Part shown: positions 48,751 through 62,392 of the stretch, piece by piece
How the letters are laid out: each line of letters starts with the position of its first letter
Position numbering within the stretch: the stretch's first letter is position 1
Assembly (NCBI RefSeq): GCF_036321535.1
Contig: NC_087436.1
Location: 109,494,001 to 109,558,000 of the forward strand
Direction: 5' to 3'
From: Camelus dromedarius
Taxonomy: Eukaryota
Length of the DNA stretch: 64,000 bases
The notes under the pieces: generated by a model
Told to the model about the DNA's origin: nothing
The model's input: only the letters and a program-made list of their open reading frames with translations
Databases searched by the model: none
Program-made: the position numbers and the translations under genes

Positions 48751-50763
48751 TTCTGTCTGCAAAGCCTGATGGTCTGGGAAGCTTACGTTCTGAATGAAGT
48801 ATCTCCACGTGAATCAAGGAAAGGGCAATGCTGATGATTGCACTTCCCACCGCATGAGTGGAAAAGGAACCATGGAGATGAGTGTGGACCCAGGCATCAT
48901 GGTGGAGGGGAAAGAGTACTCCCCATTTTGCTTCTACTTTGCTGCCTGACTTTGGGTATATTGCTTAACCTAATAATGAGGGGCTTCACCAGGTAGCCAA
49001 GATTAATGATATATTTCCTGCTTACCTCCCAGGGGTGTGTCGAACAAGTACAAGTCACCCATGATGACTATACTTTTAGTCCCAGAAAAAGAGGGGATGA
49101 TTCCATTCCTTCATATAAATAAATATGTATCTACGATTGATAAGCCAGTTATTGTGCTGGGAACTCGTGAATAAAACAGATTTGATATGTGTCATCGTAT
49201 TACGGAGCTTAGTCATCTTTCTAACATTTTCTGAGACTGGCACATAGTAGATAGTCGTTAATTTTTTTTTCCCAGATTGGATTGAATTAATAATATGTGT
49301 CTGATAAGGCTCTGAGCTCTCCCGACTGGAACATTTGTTTTAGGCATTTTCTGAAACAGAGGGGTCTGTGACTCAAACATTTGAGGTTAATCACATATTC
49401 AGGTGTGACTATTCTTTAATGGGTTTGGATCCCAATGAAATCCGTTTTGCTCTTTTTCCCATCATTTTATTTACTTTAGACATCTTTGGGCTTGTTTTCT
49501 TGCAGGAGTAACCCTACTGTCATTTTGTTTTTAGAGTTCAGCTTATGTTTATACTCCAAATACTTATTAAACTGCTTTTTGTAAACATAATTTGTTCTCA
49601 TTTAGAAATAGAAATAAAATCAAAGAAGAACAGCATGAGAGTTTTCTTACCAAAACTAGGATCTAAGGTGCATGGTAAGTGTCCACGTCGGCTGGGCCAC
49701 GAAGTGCGGGAAGTCAGCGCCAGTTAAGCTGATGACTCGAGCTTCTAGTATCTCACTGGATAAGAAAAGTAACCAGTTTTGACACATTGGAGATACTGCT
49801 ATTACCATTAGTCTAAAATGCCCATTTCAAAGGAGTATTCATAAGCAAAGCTGACAGAATTACTTTGCCCTTCGCCCTAGGAGGTGCGGGCTTTTTAAAC
49901 CAGAGGGATGGCTCTGATTCTCGGATTAAAGAGATCTGGGGTAGGGAGTCTAGCAGAAGTTAAAGGACAGGGAGGAACACGCAGTCCTCCTGGCTTTGCT
50001 GCCGCCCACGCTGCATCACAGCCTGTTGGTTGTGCAGTAACAACAATGAATGCCAAACTCCCCCCGCTCTTCCTGGAGCCTGATCACTTCGATCAATCCC
50101 AGGACCTTTGGATCACATGCTGGGACTGACCAGAGCCAGGGGCCACTGTCGACAATTTTCTAGTCCTGCAGGAACCATAAAACTTGTCCACAGGAATTGC
50201 TGTGGAAGTCACTGGGGTGGGGACGGGACATGCAGTGTTCAGTGTAACTTGAGGGCACGAGGTCTGAGGAGCGGTTTCTGGGTTGCCCTGGAGAAGCTGG
50301 ACTCTGTCTTCCTGCAACCGCAGTGCAGAGAATGGGCAGTCCTCGGAAAGACTGATGATCTGTGACATCCTCCTCACCTGAACTCCGTTTCCCCTCACAT
50401 AAATAGCATCACCATGGTGACAGGTTTCTTTTTAGTTAAAAGTAAGAAATCTCCTTTATAAGTGGCAGGTAATTTAAATTAGTATCATTGCTTTAGGAAA
50501 ACAAACAGAAAAAAGGTAAAAGATATCTTCAATGTCAGGAGGGTAGAAGATAGCAAATGCACTAAAGGAAGGACATACTTTCATAACAACGGGCAACAGT
50601 TAGGAAAGTGGCCTTTTCTGCTGCACAGAGAAACTTCTAGAGCCCATGATGTATAAAAAGTGTGCAGGAACATATATGTCAATCTGACCTATTCATGTAT
50701 TCATTTATCAAAAAAATTTAGTATTACACACCAGGAAAAATCTAGAACACACACATGTAGGTT

Positions 50764-52323
50764 GGCATTGACTTTTTTTTTTTAACATTTTTTATTGATT
50801 TATAATCATTTTACAATGTTGTGTCAAATTCCAGTGTTCAGCACAATTTTTCAGTCATTCATGGACATATACACACTCATTGTCACATTTTTTTCTCTGT
50901 GAGTTATCATAAAATTTTGTGTATATTTCCCTGTGCTATACAGTGTAATCTTGTTTATCTATTCTACAATTTTGAAATCCCAGTCTATCCCTTCCCACCC
51001 TCCACCCCCCTGGTAACCACAAGTCTGTATTCTCTGTCTGTGAGTCTATGTCTGTCCTGTATTTACGCTTTGTTTTTGTTTGTTTGTTTGTTTTTGTTTT
51101 TTAGATTCCACATATGAGCGATCTCATATGGTACTTTTCTTTCTCTTTCTGGCTTACTTCATTTAGAATGACATTCTCCAGGAGCATCCATGTTGCTGCA
51201 AATGGCATTATGTTGTCGGTTTTTATGGCTGAGTAGTATTCCATTGTATAAATATACCACATCTTCTTTATCCAGTCACCTGTTAATGGACATTTAGGCT
51301 GTTTCCATGTTTTGGCTATTGTAAATAGTGCTGCTATGAACATTGGGGTGCAGGTGTCATCCTGAAGTAGAGAAAGAAAGAGGCTGGAGGAATAACTCTC
51401 CCAGACTTCAGACAATACTATAGAGCTACAGTCATCAAGACAGCATGGTATTGGTACCAAAACAGACATATAGACCAATGGAACAGAATAGAGAGCCCAG
51501 AAATGAACCCACAAACTTTTGGTCAACTCATCTTCGACAAAGGAGGCAAGAATATACAATGGAATAAAGACAGTCTCTTCAGCAAATGGTGTTGGGAAAA
51601 CTGGACAGAAGCACGTAAATCAATGAAGCTAGAACACTCCCTTACACCATATACAAAAATTAACTCAAAATGGATTAAAGACTTAAACATAAGACAAGAT
51701 ACAATAAACCTCCTAGAGGAAAACATAGGCAAAACATTATCTGACATACATTTAAAAAACTTTCTCCTAGAAGAAATAAAAGCAAGAATAAACAAATGGG
51801 ACCTAATGAAACTTACAAGCTTCTGCACAGCAAAGGAAACCAGAAGTAAAACAAGAAGAAAACCTACGGAATGGGAGAAAATTTTTGCAAGTGAAACCGA
51901 CAAAGGCTTGATCTCCAGAATATATAAGCAGCTCATACAACTCAATAACAAAAAAATAAACAACCCAATCCAAAAATGGTCAGAAGACCTAAACAAGCAA
52001 TTCTCCAAGGAAGACATACAAATGATCAAAAAGCACATGAAAAAATGCTCAATATCACTAATTATCAGAGAAATGCAAATCAAAACTACAACGAGGTATC
52101 ACCTCACACCAGTCAGAATGGCCGTCATTCAAAAATCCACAAATGACAAATGCTGGAGAGGCTGTGGAGAAAGGGGAACCCTCCTACACTGCTGGTGGGA
52201 ATGCAGTTTGGTGCAGCCACTATGGAAAACAGTGTGGAGATTCCTCAAAAGACTAGGAATAGACTTACCATATGACCCAGGAATCCCACTCCTGGGCTTG
52301 TATCCAGAAGGCATTGACTTTTT
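50764..52323 (-). mobile_element. Young 5'-truncated, 5'-inverted (twin-primed) L1 with perfect 14-bp TSD
   Basis: TSD GGCATTGACTTTTT at 50764-50777 and 52310-52323. Poly(T) lies at 50773-50783. The 3' UTR and ORF2 C-terminus are on minus up to 51370, and the inverted ORF2 segment is on plus at 51371-52309. Confidence 0.97.
51101..51370 (-). pseudogene. L1 ORF2p extreme C-terminus with native stop
   Basis: LLQDDTCTPMFIAALFTIAKTWKQPKCP...YTMEYYSAIK...PFAATWM...ICGI*. Confidence 0.95.
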
Positions 52324-52339
52324 AATAAACCTGTGGTGA
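51371..52339 (+). pseudogene. L1 ORF2p fragment (post-RT region with CCHC zinc knuckle), stop-free, inverted segment
   Basis: [28 protein letters not shown]...[18 protein letters not shown]...[16 protein letters not shown]; the last ~8 codons run into flanking DNA. Confidence 0.95.
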
Positions 52340-53348
52340 CCACTGGCACCCCGCCTTAGGAGGAAATTTTTAGAATGAGGACATCTTAAGCCCCAGGTGC
52401 AAACATCACTGGCTGCTGTAAATTCTGACAAAATGATTCTTTCTAGGTTGAAAGCTTCTTTTTAAAAAACGTTTACCTACATTCAGTAATGCTAAATGCT
52501 GACAATGAAAAATGTTTAATATTTCTAAAAGGATGTTATCTGTATCTTTTTAACTTCATAATTCAGGAGTCAGATATAAATGCACGTTCAGTTCTGACTT
52601 TCCTTTGAACCCTGGCTGTGTGGACAGAGATGCTATACAGTCCATGACTGTGCACGTAAGCCATGACTCTCTATTGTAACTCTGATCCCGCCCTTGTGTT
52701 GACCACTGTAGTCCAGAGAGAATCCATCAATAATGTCTTCGTTTTTCCTTCATTTCTTCCCTCCACTTGTTCAGTTATCTAGTGCTCACAAAGAAAGGTT
52801 GGTTAAGGACACATTTATTTTGCTGGAAAATGTGTGTGGCAACTTCAGAAAATTACAAATCGATGCTTTACCTGTGTCCACGTTTAAGTAAAGTTACATG
52901 ATGAGATTTTTATTTCTTGCACCCAATCCCTCCTGGGATCTGAGACATTTCTTGTTTACTAAAAATTCTCAAGAATATTGAAACAAAGCAAAACCCAAAA
53001 TCCAGACAATGTTATCGGTTCTGCAGATTTTTAGTCCACAGGTTTCATCAGATTACACTGCCAGTTAAATAGCTGTTTTTGGAAACTATCGTTTTTACAA
53101 CTCTAATTTGCCTCTTGATTCTATCATAAACACTGAAAAGATGCTGTTCCCTCTGATATTGATACCAAAAAGATTGAACTCTGCAAACTGTAACAAAATA
53201 AAATTTTTCTGTTTTGCCTTCTCCCGCCCTATAGAAACATCAACTCTTCTGCCCACCCTTTAGATTTTCCCCCGAAAGAATTCAGATTCCCCAGGGATTG
53301 TCTATGTTTTTCCAGATCAATTGTTTTGAAGTCTAAGGTAATGCCTGG

Positions 53349-53406
53349 AGGATGTCTTAAAGATGGATATCTCCAGAAGGATGTCTTAAAGATGGATATC
53401 TCCAGA
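53349..53406. repeat. Perfect 29-bp tandem duplication AGGATGTCTTAAAGATGGATATCTCCAGA x2, within a MER5-like remnant (~53310-53510)
   Basis: Copies at 53349-53377 and 53378-53406 are identical. Confidence 0.95.
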
Positions 53407-55349
53407 ACCCCAAGGCAGATTTACAAGTGTCTGAGACTAGGGCCAGGAATTTTAATTTTCAGAGCTCGTAGGCAATTTTGATGTTGTTCATCCCTAGAGC
53501 AGAAATTGCCATGGATAGCTCACTACCATTGTTCACCATTTTCCACGAACATGAACTTGGCTGCTGTAGGACACCTGCTATTTATTTACTTTCCCTGCTC
53601 TGCTCAGCAGTGCTCAGGTGACTTCTGCCTCTCCCAGTACTCACTGTTTTCTGTTCATCCTCTAACTTCCACTGTTAGTGGTACCCTCACAACTGAGGTC
53701 AGCATGATCATCCCATGTCCCAGCTCTTGCTTCAAGGTTAATTCCCTCCCATTCCTTTACACTATTCCTGTGGGCACCTGATAACATGTCGAAATTTTGG
53801 TGAACTCTCTCCTGTTCTTTGTATTTTCACCATCTACTTTTTCCTTCTCTGGTCACAATCTCTGATAGCAAAGAGTGCAAGCAAGGAAAAAATTTAATAG
53901 AACACACGTGAAGTTTTTTTCCTCCTTCTAACCCTGGATTTTCCTGTCTTATCTCCAGGGATTTGGGGTGGGTAAGTTCAAGCACGGTGCTCTTCCTGTG
54001 TGTACCCAGCCCTAGGCCAGGCTACCATACTTGAAGAAGGGAGTGTGGGTAAAATTTCAACCTCTGCTCTGCTCGTTGGGCAGGTGCTGGTGAACATTGC
54101 ACAGGGAGCACAACCAAAGTGGAGGTCCAGTCTTCCTTGTTCTTTCCCAGGAGGCTGCTCTGTTCTTTGCACAAAGCCCATCATAGATGGTGCACCCACT
54201 GGACGGACACTCCAGATTGTATTGAAGGGGTCGGAGTGCTGGGACTCCTATTAGAAACTCTGCTGGGAATAAATAATGTGTTCCAGAGCACGTCAACTAA
54301 ATGTAATTCATATCTATATTTATGCAAGCATAGAATTTACAAATATATTTAAAGTGTTCGCATTTTTAGACACTTTTCAGTTGAGAAGAGGAACTCCTCT
54401 TTTCCTTTTATTATTTTGATTGTATTTGCTGTTTTTCTTTCTTATAAATATTTTTCTTTGGGTAGCCTATGTTTTTTCTAGGCAAGTCTTTTTTTTTTTT
54501 ATTCCAGCTATACTCTTTGCTCTACTTAAAACATTTCTTGTTATTTGTTAGTTCTCTTTACCCTGAAATTGTCTGTGTCTAAGAGTTCTTGAGTGTGACA
54601 ACCTGGCATATTAATATTTTGCCCATCCTAACATTTTTTTTGTGTAACACTAGTAAACTTCATAAATTATCAAATCTGCAAATCACTGAGCTAAGCATAT
54701 ATGTGTGTACATATATACACATATAATTTTGTTTTTCTTATTATTTTTACAATTACTCTGTAAGTTCTGGATTATCCACAGTTTCCAAATGTGTAAAATG
54801 AGTCTCAGAGAAGGTAAAGAAATTTTGCCAGTCAAAAAAAAAAAAGGAAAAAAAAAATGTACCCTGGAGGGTTTCCTCTTTCTCCTAAATCTTTAGGACT
54901 TTTGACAAAAAGACACCTATGTTCTTCAGCTAGACTGAGCACTTTCCTTGCTGGAACTTTTACAATAGGAATTGTTTTCTTTGTGAATCACTTTAATCTC
55001 TTTATTAGATATTAATGAGAAGACAGTGTCATCTTCACAACACGTTACAAGAAATAGGATGTCTTCAAGCTCTGATAAAGACAAGATCTACTTAAAAACA
55101 AAGGACCATCCCCAGCTGCACTGAATGAAGGTTTCTCAGCTCTGTCTGCCCTGCAGTTTGTGACTCTGTTGGCAACAAGACTCCTTGGTAGATGGTGGGG
55201 CAGGGATGGCTAATCAGGCATTTCTAAATACAAAGGCTCTGGGAAAGTTTTGGTATAATTTCCCATGTTAACAAAAAAAAAAAAAAAAAAAAAGGAAAGA
55301 GGATATGCCTTTAGGAGGGCTACTGTATTATTAGAACTGGATGAAAATT

Positions 55350-55600
55350 TCATTCACGCATTGAATAAATATTTATTAAGGGTCTACGACATGCCAGACA
55401 CTCTGTTAGATGGTGAAAAAAAAGAGGGCATTCAAAAGTGGTCCCTATTCTCACATGGCTTATCATCCAGAGGGAGGAATTGACAGGGAAGCTTCCTCAT
55501 TCCTACTAGGTGAGAGAAAACGAGGTTGGGGTGGGGAGAATAGGAGCCATGCGATGAGCCAGGGGAAGTATGTCCAGACAGAATGAAGCTCGTGGGCAAA
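55350..55600 (-). mobile_element. L2 3' fragment
   Basis: TTCATTCACGCATTGAATAAATATTTATTAAGGGTCTACGACATGCCAGACACTCTG. Confidence 0.75.
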
Positions 55601-56844
55601 AACTCCAAAGGAAAAAAAGACTAGTGGACTGGGAGAGATTGAAAGTTGTGGATACGGCTGAAATCTAGTGAGCAAACGGCAGTGTGGCTGGCTTACTCCC
55701 TTCTCTGTCCGATGTGGCCCCACGGCGTGCGGTCGGGGGAGACGGAGCACTTTCTCATTTGTAATTGAGAACCATTTCCCAGATATTTCCTGTAATTATC
55801 CACCAGTTTTGGGACCTGCTGTGGAGCTTGATTCAAATAAACTGCTTAAGTGTTGGTGCTTTTAATCCCTTTTCCCTGTATCTCCCTAACAACTGCCTTT
55901 CCAGCAAGATACCTGCAGGTGAGCATCTTGTAATGGAGAGTAAGATGAGCCATTTTTGGTCACATAATGTCAAGTAGGTTATGCATGGAACCTGGAGAAG
56001 CTACTCTTCTTTTCATGGACCTCTCTCTGGACAGATCTCTCACTGCTCCTGTTTCTCTGTTAATAATCTTCTTCTGCAATGAGAAATCACTCAGCCCCTG
56101 GCTTCATTATGAGGATGGAGCTGCTCCTGGCTTTCTGAGAAAGTGTCCAACCACTGCCAGGTCAGAATCCCATAGTAGCTCTCCATGGAGCTCTAGCACA
56201 AGGGTAATGAGGTATTTGCCAAATTTCATTTTACTGCTTGTGAGTCAATCAAGGCTAGAAAAAACACTCAATTACTTGGCTAAATAGCTAACTCCATTAA
56301 CACCATTCATGCCTATCTCCAGGGTAGATGGGCACAGCTGGGTTTTCTTCCTTTTTTTCTTTTAGGATTTCTCCATGATTTCTTAGTATAGCAATACTTA
56401 GAATAATAATAGATACTGAACAGGAATGTTTATCCTCTGACTTAAGTTCAGTTTAGAAAAACAGTCAGCCTATCTCAAAACCATTTTTATTGGTAAAGCG
56501 ATCATTTTACAACCCCCAGAATCTCACAGTCTTAAATTCTAACCCTGAATTGGAAATACAACAGGATGCCTTTTGAAATCCCAGAGCAAAGATAGAATGG
56601 GAAAGATCCGATTACAATCTCTTTTCTGTCAAAGTATAAAGCGATTTATTTTGAAAGAAAGCAATACTTCGGTTAATAAATATTTTTATTCATAGAGGTG
56701 TTGCCTATACAATTTCAACTTAGTTTTTAGCTGGGCTTTGGTGGGGAAAGAGGTTTCAGACTTGAACCTAGTGTGAATTTGATGCAAAGGGTTTTCAGAG
56801 TTTTACCATATTTGAATTCAATAGTGTCCAAATAAACTGCTTTT

Positions 56845-56853
56845 ATCTGTCTG

Positions 56854-56903
<50 letters not shown>
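56845..56903. repeat. (TCTG)n(TCTA)n microsatellite
   Basis: Read directly. Confidence 0.97.
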
Positions 56904-58849
56904 ACTGTCTAACTTTTAAACTTTAAAACATAATCTTCAGAATATTTGTGCTGTTTGCCCCTCCAGACCCATTCTCTGGTGCACTTCGTTCGTCCTGTGC
57001 CCTGGGAAGGGGACCTGTCCAGACTGCATGAAAGGACCCCCTTTCGAAAGGCTTCCGGTTGTTATTGGCCAAGAGGAGAGACTGGAGCTGAAAAGAGGGA
57101 AGGAGGAGGGGGATGTCAGTGAGTGTCCTGTTGCGACCTCTGTCCCCTTCCTGAGGCCAAAGCTGCTGGTGTGATATGGGCTCAATCCTCCCCCTTCTTG
57201 CCCCTTTGGGACTAGAATAAGAATCTTCCTATCATTCTTTATATATTTTTTTTTATTTTAAAAGATTTTTTCCACCCTCTGGGAAGTAGTCTCTTCATTT
57301 AACTCATGTTAAACCCAGTTTGAATTTGCGTATACAACACTCCAGGCTAGTTTTGCATTTTTGAGTTGGATTGAGACACAAATTCTATTTTCATACTTTA
57401 TCTATAGGATATTTTATTCCAAACTGTCTATGATAACTAATTTGAGAAAAAGAACGACCTACAACTTAAATATTTAAAGTCCTGAAGCTGTCTCATTAAA
57501 CTTCTTAAAACTCCTCTGGATGCCAGAGTAAATAAAGTCTATAATCAGACTTTCTTGTGTTACTTTGCAGGAGTCTGGCTTAGAGCTATTTTTAAGGTTG
57601 CAGAATGTTCTTGAGAGTTAAAGGGACAAAGGGAAGCCTGAGGCCACACTGGGACTCAGAATTGTGTGTATTGTATGTATATGTTGGGAGAGAGAGGATC
57701 AGAATGTGAGGAGATACAGAGGTGGGTGAAGGAGCTTCAGACTTTGCATTTATTAGAAAGGAAATTGTGAAGCCTTCTAACTCAGGCACACACTGAATCA
57801 GAATAGGGTGGCTTTTAAATTGAGGCCCCAAGACACAGGATGGAGCACCCAGAAGAGAGGTGAAATGATACACAGTCTACTTAGGAAACCCCTGTAGTTT
57901 GGCATCATCTAGAATTATCCTTCCTGCAGTTTAAATCTTTCTGAAATTGAGCAACTTTAATGCAGTCATTCTTGGATTTTGGGAAAACAAACCTAGCTGA
58001 AATATATATTATATACACTATGTGGCATGCATGAGAGGCCAATGGAGGAGGTTTCATGTAACCACTAAATTGTATGAAAAGTTGCTTCCTTCACCCCAAA
58101 GAAAACAAAGTCATCCCAAACACTAACATTCAAGAAACCTAAACAACAAAAACAACTTTCCCAGTAGCCAAGTTAAACTCGTTCTTCACAAATATTCCCA
58201 CAGAATAAACATAACATTTTCTTAAGCCCCGGCCAGTCAGACAAATCCAACTTTAAAGAAAGAGAGTGTTAAATGTTTTTACTTTGACAATGTTGTCCAA
58301 AACTCTAGAGTGGGTGGAATATTTTTGGAAGGCTTTGGGGATTTTTTTTTTCCTTTCATCCCATTTCCCACCCCCCTCCAGTTTTGATTCCTTAGGGGCT
58401 TTAAGATCACATCTAAGTTGTCTTTCACATCGTGAAGGATGATGGGGTCCTAGATAATTCTGGGATCATACATTTGGGGCCTAAGTGCTTTAGCTAAACA
58501 ATGAAGTTGAAACAAATCATTGTATTCTTTATCATTTTTATTGGTATGAGAGCTTAATTCTCATGAAGACAGACATCTCCCCTGTTCACAGTCCAAAACT
58601 TTCTGCTCAGAAGAGATAATGAGGTCAAATTAGCACAAACTCAGCCTAAACTGCTCTGCTTTAGTCTTAGATATAAAGAGAAAAATGATCCTTGTGATTT
58701 TTGGCCTCATAATTGCGAGGACACCACAAGGATGTTACTTTGAAAACCGCTTGCATTTATAAGATATTAGTCCGATGGCAGTGGTTTCACTGCTAATAGC
58801 CACAATATACATGCAGATGGAAGTCAGAAGACCCCGTTGTCTAAGGGGT

Positions 58850-59070
58850 GGGCCATGGTGTCACTCTGCTTGGATTAAAATCTTGGCTCTGACACTCACT
58901 AGCTGGGCCTTTGCACAAGCTGCATAGCTTCCCTGTGCTTCAGTTTCTTTCATCCATAAAATGGGCATAAAGATAACGTCTATCTCAGTAGGCTGTGGTG
59001 AATACTACATGAGTTAATGTTTCAAAATACTTAGAGCTTGCCTGTGAATGTAATAAGTGTTATAAAGTGC
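58850..59070 (+). mobile_element. MIR SINE
   Basis: AATCTTGGCTCTGACACTCACTAGCTG...CCTGTGCTTCAGTTTCTTTCATCCATAAAATGGG. Confidence 0.85.
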
Positions 59071-62000
59071 TAGCTCTTTTTTTTTTTTTAATAGATCAAA
59101 AAGAGAAGCTCTTTCACGACTGCAGACCTATTTATTTTTCTTGTCCTTTAACCATCACCTCCACGGGAACCAGGGCTTTTCACAGTTTGTACTTACCGAG
59201 GGCCAAGCACTGTGTTAACCACTTCACTTTCATTAGCTCATTTAATCCTTGTAGTGAATTTAGGGGGCAGTTGGGAAGTGGAAACCAGGTTTTAACCATC
59301 ACCATTTGGTGACTCCAGTAGATAATTTCATGTAGCTTTGTTGAGTGGTGGTATTTTCATAAATAGTGCAGCAATCAAATAGGCCACGTAGGATGATCTT
59401 ACTTACATTATTAAATTAAAACACTGATCACTGACTTAATAACCATCCTCTTCACTTTGACCTTGAAAGAGATAGCAAACTTGGAGGTCTGGAGTAGGAA
59501 CTTGGGATTCTCGTTAAGAATTAGTATTTTCTACTCATCACTGTAATGTTACCAATTTCTTCTTCTGCAAAATGATAACAAGAAATTCTCATTCAGTTAA
59601 AAGAATTGAATTTATTTTAGCTTTTGCCATCACCCTGTCGTTCCAACCCTTATTTCTCCCAACTCTTCTCTCTGCTGGCTACAGAACAGCTACATTATAG
59701 CTTGGGCAGCTATGTTGACACACTCTGAAGAATGGAGAATCTTCTGGGGAATCTGAGTTTTTAGAAAGAAAGATTATTATCTATTCATATTCACTGAGAA
59801 CCCACAAATCATGAGGAACTCAGAGGTACTCAGAGTTTAAGGGATGATCAAATACTAAATTTTTGTGTTTTTGTATTTCTACAATGTCTCTCCCTCCTCC
59901 CATCACATTCATTAAACATTGGTGATTGTGATTTTTTACAACTATTTCTAATGCATCTTGAAAACTTGGTAGACTATGAAAAATAACAAGACATGGACCC
60001 TTACACAGACCACTGACTCAAAATGTCTTAATATGCACTGGTCTTCTCCTCAAGCTGCCAGTTCCTCATTCCTTTTTCCTTCTTATTTATTTATTTTTTT
60101 AGTTTATGAATTGATTTACTAGAAATGAAAACATCTACAGAAGTATGATTCTATGTGTGCACATCTGGCATAATCCAATCTGATCAAAATGAATATGTAA
60201 ATATATCATGCTTAAATGTAACATTTTAACATTCTTTCGTACGGAAATCTAATTCAAATATACTGGAAAAAAATTTTTCATTTTGGTTAATATGTGGCAC
60301 TATCAACCTCCAAATAAACACACGGTGCTCTCTTCTAGCAATTTTTTTAAAGCCTTCAGAATTTGCTTTTATGGTACCTATTATTTCCAGATGACAGGAC
60401 ATGGTGCTGAAAAGTATGGGAAAATATGGTTAGACTAATGGGTTTCCTGCTGACTAAATCATTCTGAATCATTTAATGCGGCTTCTATATTATCTCACTG
60501 TTGATTAAAGCAGAGGCAAATTACAGTACTGGCATCTCTTTAAGAGAAATTATCTGATGAGCCGGGTCTCAAAGAGGTGGGGGAATGTGATATGACTGTG
60601 TGCTTGAGGTACATCATTTTCAAGCAACGTCTTTCTGAAATATAGTCAGGAGCCGTGAATTTGTATTCCCAATGGAGATGTCATTCTGATCGTGGCACAT
60701 GTATGTCAAGATGCTATCTAAGCTGAAGATTGTTTTTCAACTTCCTTAATTTATAAACCTCCAAAGCTCCTTTCATAGATGAAATGTAGAAACCTGAATA
60801 TCTTTGCTGGTTTTCTGCATCCAGGAAATTAAAAAATGGCTTCTTATAAAAGAAGGATGTCAGAGGAGAACAGGAGAAAAAGAAAGGAAATGTGTCAGAG
60901 CTGATTAATTATTAGAGTTAAAAATATACCCATTATAAACGGTAGTGGAGCAGTGATTTAAAAATGCATTTTAAATGACAACGGCTTTATGATCTGGATG
61001 TCATTTGCTCAACACAGAGATCCTAATGTTGATTGATGGGCTTATAGACGTCTTCCTTGGGATTTGGCAGACAAAACTGATGTCTAGGCATTAAATCAAA
61101 TGCTTCCACATTTTTCAGTTCTATTATAACACTCAAAGCATCATTCACAATGATCTGAAAACTCATATCCCAGGGTTGTGACAAAAGAAACCCACTTATC
61201 TCATCCAGATTATATGACTATCTTCCAAACCCTTTCTTCATATCTTGTCTTCTGAAGCTATGCCATGATCATTTCAGACATTTCTTTTTCTGTTTTTTTT
61301 CTGTATTGATATTTTCCCTCACATATTTTGGCATTTGATTCATCTTTCTCAAATTGTCATCAGCTTAACACTGGCAATTTTTTGTGATGCCTCATGCATT
61401 TAACAATAAAGATAAAATCTACACTTTACTCTGTGGTGGTTGTATGGTTAATGTTAAGGAAAAGTTCAGAAAAGGCATTTGGAGAAAACCAGTTAAGCAT
61501 AAGGATAGGAAATAGAGAATACAAGCTATAAAGGGCAGAATTTATATAACTCACTTCCAAAATAACACTTGGGCCAAAGAACCAGCATGAAGTTTGAGAG
61601 AACTGCTTTTTTAAAAAAAAAGAAAAATAATAAAACAAGGAGATGGCAAGAAAAATATCCAATAAGTAATGCTCTTTCTAGTTTTTATCTTCCTGAAATC
61701 AGTTTAATTCAGGCTAAATGTAGATAGAATTTGATTTTTTGGTGAGAAGGGAAGATTCTTGAACATCTTGAACAGCAGTACAATACGGATGGACACTGCA
61801 AGAAGCGAAATTTGAGGAGTATTCCTGTAAAAATCCACGTCTGAGTATCTTGAGCCAACACAGCTTTCATAAATGCAATACTTACCATGCTTCTGCAGTT
61901 TATTTGCCTCACAGGCTTGAGATCCTTGGAAAGAAAAATAATGTCTTATTCTTCTGTACAACTCCACTTTGCAGCAGAGAATTTGGCATATAGGGGACAT

Positions 62001-62392
62001 CTGATAACCTTGACACAGAGTTCTACTCTGCTAGGTAAAGCAGTACCTCTCCTCTTTGACTAGTATGTAGTCTCCTCAGTCAGACTGTTCAGACAGGTAG
62101 GTGAGACCCAAACCAGAGCCCAGTTTGACAAGCTGGGCTAGGAGGGCATGGAGATTTGGGTGGCAGATACGTAACATCGCGTTCAAAGTGCTCTGGTGGC
62201 GCCGTGGGTGGAGTTTTGGGATTCGCTGCAGTCTACTTGCTAATGAGAAGGCCAGGAGGGAATATTTCCTCACTTGTCTCAAGGTTTCCTTTCTGCTGAT
62301 CTTAAAGGGTCGCATCTTTAGGGTTAGTGTAGTTTATTTCCTAAAGGAACACGAATATAATAAGAGGTTTTACATTTTTCTAGGTAAGAACT

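Noticed and set aside
53941..53977. 13-nt microexon between TCTCCAG and GTAAGT
   Set aside because: Not frame-preserving and no supporting context; such pairs occur by chance.
57040..57051. 12-bp palindrome CCTTTCGAAAGG
   Set aside because: About 16 palindromes with 6-bp arms are expected by chance in 64 kb.
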